A stretch of DNA of 26,178 nucleotides from Limisphaerales bacterium (lineage in GTDB: Bacteria; Verrucomicrobiota; Verrucomicrobiia; Limisphaerales; JAJOIW01): the NCBI GenBank assembly GCA_965657355.1, contig CBFHOE010000012.1:56760-82937 (forward strand), read 5' to 3'. The translations under genes and the position numbers were made by a program. Shown in pieces: positions 1 through 6,389 of the stretch; position 1 is the first letter of the stretch, and each line of letters opens with the position of its first letter. The notes beneath the pieces are model-generated. The model was given only the letters and a program-made list of their open reading frames with translations. It was not told the origin of the DNA and did not search any database.

Positions 1-106
1 TCTCGAGGGTGTTGAATATTTACAACCCGAGAATATTCAAATTATGACGATCATTCCGCCAAGAGTCAGTAGCAAAACTGGCCAGGAAAATAGTGAATCC
101 AATTAA
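1..106 (+). CDS. rplY: 50S ribosomal protein L25/Ctc (bL25), C-terminal fragment, truncated by the window start
   Basis: Not in the ORF track. The frame from base 2 reads LEGVEYLQPENIQIMTIIPPRVSSKTGQENSESN* (TAA at 104-106). This matches the end of the Ctc-type L25 beta domain (xEGVE...V/I.PP) plus a short tail, and sits directly upstream of pth, the usual rplY-pth order. Confidence 0.75.
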   Translation, partial: LEGVEYLQPENIQIMTIIPPRVSSKTGQENSESN

Positions 107-202
107 CAGGTATTCGTTGTAATTTCTCATCGTGTTCTTACCTTGGGGCTGAAACCTCAGTTCGAAACCCGGTGAGTATTCCAACTTCGGCGCACCATTG
201 GC

Positions 203-793
203 ATGGAAGATTCGTTCGTCGTTGTAGTCGGATTGGGAAATCCGGGATCAAAATACGCGAATACACGTCACAATTTTGGTTTTGACATTGCAGATCGAAT
301 CGCTCGTAAGCACAATGCCGATTTTAGGACTGAAAAAAAATTTAACGCTGATCTAACCAAGGTTAAAATCGGCAAAAGGAAGGTGGTTTTAATAAAACCA
401 CTCTCTTACATGAATTTAAGTGGCCCGGTAGTTAGAAAAGTTTCAAGCTTCTACCAGGCAAAGTTGAATGATATCCTGATCATCTTGGACGATGCTAATC
501 TCCCTTTGGGAAAGATTCGTTTCAGAATCGATGGCCGGGATGGCGGACACCATGGTTTGGAATCTGTTTCAAAATCACTTGGTTCGACCAAACACCCTCG
601 GTTGCGTTTAGGAATCGGCAGGGGTGAAAACCTTAAACAGATAGCTGGTTATGTTTTGGATAAATTTCATCAAAATGAGCTGGACTTGAAAGATAAGGTT
701 GAACGAAAGGCTATGGAACAAATAGATTGCTGGCTCACTCAAGATGCTCAGTCGGCTATCCAAAAATTTAATGGCTCAGTAACTCAAAATTGA
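203..793 (+). CDS. pth: Peptidyl-tRNA hydrolase
   Basis: Pth motifs VGLGNPGxKYxxTRHNxGF, KPLSYMNLSG, DDxxLPLGKIR, GGHHGLES, RLRLGIGR, YVL; 196 aa. Confidence 0.97.
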   Translation: MEDSFVVVVGLGNPGSKYANTRHNFGFDIADRIARKHNADFRTEKKFNADLTKVKIGKRKVVLIKPLSYMNLSGPVVRKVSSFYQAKLNDILIILDDANLPLGKIRFRIDGRDGGHHGLESVSKSLGSTKHPRLRLGIGRGENLKQIAGYVLDKFHQNELDLKDKVERKAMEQIDCWLTQDAQSAIQKFNGSVTQN

Positions 794-837
794 TTAGATT
801 TGCTCAATTATAAACAAAAACAAAATATTAAAGCGCT

Positions 838-1230
838 GTGACAAATTACGAAATCCTTGTCATCCTGAACACAAACGGTAAAGAAGACCTCGGTGATTCG
901 ATGCTCGAGACCTTCATTTCGAATCTGAAAGAAGAGGGATGTGAAATCTCTGATATCGAGGAAATGGGGCACACAACATTCATTAGAGAAGGGAAAAATC
1001 ATACTCACTCTGGGCATTACGTGAAAATTTGGCTCCAGATGACATGTGAGTTTGCGGATTCCATCCAAGAAAGGTTCCGCCTTGACGAATCGATATTTAG
1101 AATTCTCCTTACCAAAAATCCGAGTTCATTCAGGCCTAGTGACGTCAAAGAGGAAGAGCCTCAAGAACCTGTAGCCGAAGAGGTGCCCACACCTGAAACT
1201 GAGGTTTCCTCCGAAGAACAGCCAGCTTGA
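838..1230 (+). CDS. rpsF: 30S ribosomal protein S6 (bS6), divergent, with acidic C-terminal tail
   Basis: GTG start; N-terminal NYEILVILN, central G-H-Y, and FRLDESIFRIL match the S6 pattern; located between pth and ssb. Confidence 0.88.
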   Translation: MTNYEILVILNTNGKEDLGDSMLETFISNLKEEGCEISDIEEMGHTTFIREGKNHTHSGHYVKIWLQMTCEFADSIQERFRLDESIFRILLTKNPSSFRPSDVKEEEPQEPVAEEVPTPETEVSSEEQPA

Positions 1231-1266
1231 GTAAAACAATAAAGCAATTTAAATAAAAAAACGACA

Positions 1267-1734
1267 ATGGCTAATCTGAACAAGGTATTTCTAATGGGAA
1301 GGCTTACCCGAGACCCTGAAGTCAGGTACACCCCTTCAGGTATGGCTATTGCGAAACTCGGATTAGCGGTCAATCGGACTTGGCGGTCCCAGGAATCCAG
1401 AGAAAAAAACGAAGAAACAACATTTATCGATGTAGATGCCTTTGGAAAGCAGGCTGAGACCCTTGGTCAATATTTAAAAAAGGGAAGACCGCTCTACGTT
1501 GAAGGACGATTAAAGTTGGATTCGTGGGAAGATAAGCAATCAGGACAAAAAAGGTCCAAGCTCGGGGTCATTCTTGAATCATTCCAATTTATTGACGGCG
1601 GAGGATCTCGTGGCGATCAGGAGTTTTCTGGAGGGAACGGGGGTAGTGAACAGGGATATTCAGCGCCTCCACCCAGCTCGACGAAACCGAGTCAAGGATC
1701 CTATTCCGATGATGATGACGACGTCCCATTTTGA
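1267..1734 (+). CDS. ssb: Single-stranded DNA-binding protein
   Basis: NKVFLMGRLTRDPEVRYT OB-fold start, KKGRPLYVEGRL, Gly/Ser/Pro-rich linker, acidic C-terminal tip DDDDDVPF. Confidence 0.98.
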   Translation: MANLNKVFLMGRLTRDPEVRYTPSGMAIAKLGLAVNRTWRSQESREKNEETTFIDVDAFGKQAETLGQYLKKGRPLYVEGRLKLDSWEDKQSGQKRSKLGVILESFQFIDGGGSRGDQEFSGGNGGSEQGYSAPPPSSTKPSQGSYSDDDDDVPF

Positions 1735-1769
1735 TAATTTAAAATAATAACATTTGATCTGACCATAAA

Positions 1770-2231
1770 ATGGCAAAACTTGATATCATACTTGTGAAAA
1801 ACGTCGATGGCTTGGGCGCTGAGTCCGACGAGGTAACAGTTGCAGCCGGTTACGCTAGAAATTACCTTATTCCTCATGGAATGGCGGTTCTCTCAACAGG
1901 CGCAACCAAACGCCAGCGAGAAGCACTGAAACAAAGACGCGCTGAAAGAGAAGCAGCGGAGCTCAAAGAAGCTAAGGTGTTGGATGAATCCATCAAAAAC
2001 CTGATCGTTCTCATCCGTGTCAAAGCTGGTGAAGATGGTAAGCTCTTTGGATCTGTCACATCCTCCGACATAGCAAAATCTCTAGCTAAAGATTTCGAGC
2101 TTGAACTCGACAGACACAAAATCAACATCCCAGAACCTATCAAGGAATTGGGAGACTTTGATGTTGAAGTCAAATTACACCCGGAAATTCACAGCAAACT
2201 TCAGCTTAAAGTCGTAGCTGAAGATTCTTAA
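1770..2231 (+). CDS. rplI: 50S ribosomal protein L9 (bL9)
   Basis: IILVKNVDGLG...V.VAAGYARNYLIP.G.A, GKLFGSVT..DI, PIKELG...VEVKLHPEI motifs; 153 aa. Confidence 0.98.
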   Translation: MAKLDIILVKNVDGLGAESDEVTVAAGYARNYLIPHGMAVLSTGATKRQREALKQRRAEREAAELKEAKVLDESIKNLIVLIRVKAGEDGKLFGSVTSSDIAKSLAKDFELELDRHKINIPEPIKELGDFDVEVKLHPEIHSKLQLKVVAEDS

Positions 2232-2260
2232 ACCAGCTCGTTTTTCAACTTTTCATAATG

Positions 2261-2303
2261 AAAAGAAAAAGCACTCGTCATTGGCGAGTGCTTTTTCTTT
2301 TTT
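2261..2303. terminator. Bidirectional intrinsic terminator between rplI (+) and the convergent MYG1-like gene (-)
   Basis: AAAAGAAAAA-GCACTCGTC-att-GGCGAGTGC-TTTTTCTTTTTT: a GC-rich stem with one G-U pair, with an A-tract before and a T-tract after, about 30 nt after the rplI stop. Confidence 0.9.
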
Positions 2304-2439
2304 CATGTCTCGATGGCATTCTTTACCAAATTCAAGTCATTTCAAAGAGAACCGAGATGGAACTTTCCTCGAATGGGAACATACTAATACCAACTTTCGA
2401 TGTAAGCAAAAAACGCTTGATCCAATAATCCCGGGCATT

Positions 2440-3336
2440 CTACATGGTTGTCTTAGAGGATGAAACGGATGCAAGTCTGATGAGGTCCTTAAGGCGAGTG
2501 ATATCTACGCTGGATGTTTTAGCAACAAAGCCCCGCTTATGGGTAAAGTGAACATCGGTCTGTTCTTGGAGCTGAGAGAAATCTAATGATTGGTTATCAT
2601 GATACCTGCTTAAGGTATACCCGGATCCTCTTTGGTCGGGATAAACCAAAGCCTTGAGCGAATCAGTAAGCCCAATGTTTTTCACATATTGCTCAATACC
2701 TAAGGATGGATTATTAAAGTTCTCAGCTTGATGGAGAAAGAGCACTTCGATTTTATGATTTTCCTTGGCAATTAAATTCCAAATCTCAGACCGGGTTTTC
2801 AGTAAATGGAGTCTTTTTTCGAGTGCCTTGAGGTAAGAGAGGAATTCATTACCTATTTTTTCCATGAGCTGCCAGAGCATAGAATTTTTTTCTACTGAAC
2901 TCGCCTGGGAGAAAAGATTTAGAACAGTTATTTCTATGGGCGAGGTCAATTTATTCAGAGTGGATCTTGAAACACCCAGCCAACGTGCTGTTTCTTCTGG
3001 CCCTCTGGAATCAAACCACTCGAGTGTTTCAAACCAGTCGAGGTATTTTGTAGCCGAATCAAAAACGCCTAAGTTTTTGCAGACAAGGCTAAGAGCACAT
3101 ATGGGAGCATGATCTCGTGGAAACTGATGATGATCAAAATTACCAGCTTCAGGGTCATGGCTCTGTCCTGTATCAACGATGAGTATACCCGGGTTTGCCA
3201 GTTCCTCGACATGAGGCTCCCTCCTTGTAATAGGTAATTTAAATTTGGATACCAAAAGGCAACACGCCAAAAAATCATCTTTGTGAGCACTCCCCGGATG
3301 AGTCAGAATAGTTTTGTATGACACAGTTGGCAGCAC
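2440..3336 (-). CDS. MYG1 family (UPF0160, DHH-like) metal-dependent hydrolase / putative exonuclease
   Basis: THPGSAHKDDFLAC resembles the MYG1 THxGxFHxD(D/E) motif; VDTGQSHDPEAGNFDHHQ resembles DVGxxYDPxxxxFDHHQ; C-terminal HFTHKRGF resembles FxHxxGF. The true start may be the downstream GTG near 3324. Confidence 0.85.
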   Translation of the reverse strand: MLPTVSYKTILTHPGSAHKDDFLACCLLVSKFKLPITRREPHVEELANPGILIVDTGQSHDPEAGNFDHHQFPRDHAPICALSLVCKNLGVFDSATKYLDWFETLEWFDSRGPEETARWLGVSRSTLNKLTSPIEITVLNLFSQASSVEKNSMLWQLMEKIGNEFLSYLKALEKRLHLLKTRSEIWNLIAKENHKIEVLFLHQAENFNNPSLGIEQYVKNIGLTDSLKALVYPDQRGSGYTLSRYHDNQSLDFSQLQEQTDVHFTHKRGFVAKTSSVDITRLKDLIRLASVSSSKTTM

Positions 3337-3393
3337 TATGGGCTTGCAATACTAATTCCGCAAGGATCGGATCAATTTTTTTGAAAAATTCAA

Positions 3394-4788
3394 TTATGGT
3401 TTGGTTGGTAAATTAGCTTTTGACTCTTCCAACCAGGACAACAATTTCTTTTTTAGTCTCGTAGCGATTTCGGGAAACTCTGCTGCCACATTAGTCGATT
3501 CAATATAGTCTGATTTGAGATCAAACAACTCTGACTCACTTTTATCGTAAAAATAAATCAGTTTCCAACCGCCTTCTCGGATTGCACTACCCAGCCTATT
3601 CTTTTTGTGAAATGCAAAATTTGGATAGTGAAAGTATAAAGAGTCTCTTTCTATTTTTTTGTCCGATACCAACAAAGAGGTAAGGTCTATTCCATCGTGA
3701 ACGTAATCCTTTTCTATTTTTGTATTGGCGACTCCAAGTAGCGTTGGGAAAAGATCCATGGAAACTATAGGAGTGCTTTCTACTCTTCCTTTTAGTGTTT
3801 TGCCCGTCCATCTAAAAATCCAAGGAACACGAATACCTCCCTCATACAAATGACCCTTGTTGGCTCTCAGAGGATTCACATTAAACAATGATCCATTATC
3901 AGAGGTAAAAATTATCAAAGTATCCTCAGCGAGACCTGATGAATCAATATGATCGATGACTCTACCAACGGACATATCCATTCCTTCGATCATAGCTTGG
4001 TAAGCTGGATTATCCACACCTGGAATTTGCTTATATTTTTCAATGAGATGTAGAGGCGCTTCGATTGGGTAATGAACTGAGTAATTCCACCAACATAAGA
4101 AAAATGGCCCTTCTTTATCCATATCAATGAACTTGATACACTCATCGGCTAGTCTGTCTGGCAAATAGTCGCCGTCTTTTACTGGTGTAATAGCTGGGAT
4201 TTTGTAGGGCTCAAAAAAGCTTGGAGGCCCGCCGTAGCTGCATCCTCCAACATTGAGTTCGAAGCCTTGGTTTTCAGGCCTCAGGCTAAGCTCTTTTGAT
4301 TTATCAAATCGACCATTAGTTTTTATGTGAGAAAGATGCCATTTGCCAATAAATCCATTTCTATATCCTGAATTCTGGAGCCTCTCAGCTAGCGTATTTG
4401 TTTCAAGCGGGAGGAAGGTTGTCCAATCGGCACCTTTTAGCCCGGATGTCTTTGAAATGTAGTTTGGATTGCCCGGTGCGTGGTTAGTAATTTTTAATCT
4501 TGCGGGAGATAGTCCCGTCATAATTGAGGCTCTGGTTGGGGTGCAGACTGGTGAAGCAGCATAACCATCGGTAAATTTAATTCCATCTCGGGCTAATCGA
4601 TCAATATTGGGTGTTTGTGCCCATTTGTTCCCATAGCATGCCAAGTCGGTATAACCCAAATCGTCAGCCATTATCAGAACTATGTTTGGCGATTTTAAGC
4701 CCTTCTCAACCCCTTGGCTGCTGGACATGGTCGCAAAATAGGCGAAGCAAACGATGAGTGCTTTTAATAAAATACTGGGTAACTGCAT
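3394..4788 (-). CDS. Formylglycine-dependent (S1 family, Cys-type) sulfatase, exported
   Basis: Signal-peptide-like N-terminus; PNIVLIMADDLG; catalytic CTPTRASIMTG (CxPxR); GKWHL; FTSDNG; KGHLYEGGIRVP; ELFDL. Confidence 0.95.
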   Translation of the reverse strand: MQLPSILLKALIVCFAYFATMSSSQGVEKGLKSPNIVLIMADDLGYTDLACYGNKWAQTPNIDRLARDGIKFTDGYAASPVCTPTRASIMTGLSPARLKITNHAPGNPNYISKTSGLKGADWTTFLPLETNTLAERLQNSGYRNGFIGKWHLSHIKTNGRFDKSKELSLRPENQGFELNVGGCSYGGPPSFFEPYKIPAITPVKDGDYLPDRLADECIKFIDMDKEGPFFLCWWNYSVHYPIEAPLHLIEKYKQIPGVDNPAYQAMIEGMDMSVGRVIDHIDSSGLAEDTLIIFTSDNGSLFNVNPLRANKGHLYEGGIRVPWIFRWTGKTLKGRVESTPIVSMDLFPTLLGVANTKIEKDYVHDGIDLTSLLVSDKKIERDSLYFHYPNFAFHKKNRLGSAIREGGWKLIYFYDKSESELFDLKSDYIESTNVAAEFPEIATRLKKKLLSWLEESKANLPTKP

Positions 4789-4924
4789 ATTGGTTTTATC
4801 CTTAAATATAAAATACTGGCCATGTCATTTACCTGCCTCTTCATCCAAAACTTTATAAAGCCAAATGATATGCCACCGAGGTTATGGTTAAAATAGAATC
4901 CAAAAGAGGAGGAATATCATATGC

Positions 4925-6361
4925 CTAACTAAAGATTTCTTTAACGACTCTGCCATGGATGTCGGTGAGTCTGAAATCTCTCCCGTCAAATCGGTATGTG
5001 AGCTCTTCGTGATTTAGTCCGAACATATGGAGTAGGGTGGCATGCCAATCATGCATATGAACTTTGTTAGCTATGGCATGGTGCCCAAACTCATCAGTCT
5101 CACCGAAGCTGAACCCTGGTTTTAATCCTCCTCCGGCAAAGAAGGATGTAAAACCGTAAGAGTTATGATCTCTCCCGGTTCCATTATTCTGCGCGTATGG
5201 AGTTCTTCCGAATTCGCCACCCCACCAGACGAGTGTATCTTCTAAAAGCCCTCTTTGCTTAAGGTCCTGAATAAGACCCGCAACGGGCTTGTCTGTATTG
5301 AAAGCATGCTCTTTGTGCTTGGGCATGTTGGAGTGTTGATCCCAGCGAGGGTTGTTGGAATTGTCCCCATAATTGACTTGGATATATCGAACTCCAGCCT
5401 CGGCCAAGCGCCTTGCCATTAGGCACTGTTTTCCAAAATCATCAGTCCCTTTTTCCCCGATACCATAAATGCTTTTCACATGCTCAGGTTCATTGGAAAA
5501 ATCTAGTATTTCCGGGGCATTGTTCTGCATTCTCCATGCAAGTTCGTATGAGTTTATCACGGCCTCAAGTTCGGTTTCCCCAGGAGATTGGGCATTTTGA
5601 TCCAAATTAATGGCTCGCAACAAATCGAACTGCGACTTTTGTGATTTATAATCGAAAGATTTATTGAACAGATTTTTTATTTTTGCCTGTTCGGCAGGAG
5701 TCCCAGCTCTTCCAATCTGTGTTCCTTGATAGACAGCTGGTAGGAAGGCATTGCTAAAGTTTCTTGGCCCTCCATTTCCCATTGATGGTTGAATGGTAAT
5801 AAAGCCTGGGAGGTTTTGATTTTCACAACCAAGCCCATACATCACCCAAGAACCGACAGAGGGTCGAATCATATTTATCGATCCAGTATGAAGAAAAAGA
5901 GTTGAAGGACCATGCGCAACGCCCTCGGTGTGCATGCCTTTTAGAAAGCAAATATCATCGACGTGCTGAGCAATATGCGGAAAGAGCTCAGACACGTATT
6001 GCCCACATTGCCCATATTTCTTGAATTCCCAAAGATTCTTAAAGACACGCTGTTTTTTAATTTGTCTGGTTTTCGCGAGAGTTCTGGCATCATCAAACTC
6101 GAGCATCTCTCCATCGCGCTTTTCCAGAATGGGTTTGTAGTCAAATGAATCCACATGGCTTGGACCTCCCTGCATGAACAAGAAGATGACACGCTTAATA
6201 CGAGGCTTGGTCGTCGGCAATGAAGCTGCAAGTGGGTTTGCCGAAGAATTCATCACGTGTGCGCCTAAAGCATCTTGCGCCGCGAGCCCTGCAGCTGCAA
6301 GATATCCAAAACCGCAACCAGTTGATTTCAATAATTGTCTTCTGCTAATCATTGTATTCAT
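4925..6361 (-). CDS. DUF1501 domain protein (alkaline-phosphatase/sulfatase-like fold, probable Tat substrate)
   Basis: Twin-arginine SRRQLLK; KRVIFLFMQGGPSHVDSFDYKP; ARRLAEAGVRYIQV; WDQH; DLKQRGLLEDTLVWWGGEFGRTP; GRDHN; HDWHAT; 28 nt downstream of a PSD1 gene, the typical pairing. Confidence 0.93.
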   Translation of the reverse strand: MNTMISRRQLLKSTGCGFGYLAAAGLAAQDALGAHVMNSSANPLAASLPTTKPRIKRVIFLFMQGGPSHVDSFDYKPILEKRDGEMLEFDDARTLAKTRQIKKQRVFKNLWEFKKYGQCGQYVSELFPHIAQHVDDICFLKGMHTEGVAHGPSTLFLHTGSINMIRPSVGSWVMYGLGCENQNLPGFITIQPSMGNGGPRNFSNAFLPAVYQGTQIGRAGTPAEQAKIKNLFNKSFDYKSQKSQFDLLRAINLDQNAQSPGETELEAVINSYELAWRMQNNAPEILDFSNEPEHVKSIYGIGEKGTDDFGKQCLMARRLAEAGVRYIQVNYGDNSNNPRWDQHSNMPKHKEHAFNTDKPVAGLIQDLKQRGLLEDTLVWWGGEFGRTPYAQNNGTGRDHNSYGFTSFFAGGGLKPGFSFGETDEFGHHAIANKVHMHDWHATLLHMFGLNHEELTYRFDGRDFRLTDIHGRVVKEIFS

Positions 6362-6389
6362 CGGAATATGTACCTAATAAAATACTATA

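Noticed and set aside
145..197. Possible tRNA or tRNA remnant (TTCGAAACCC and a terminal CACCA)
   Set aside because: No acceptor stem, D-arm or anticodon arm can be built and the T-loop-to-CCA spacing is wrong. Kept only as a generic structured-RNA candidate.
2281..2463. 60-aa + strand ORF after rplI
   Set aside because: The TTG start lies inside the terminator hairpin, there are no recognisable motifs, and it overlaps the end of the MYG1-like gene.
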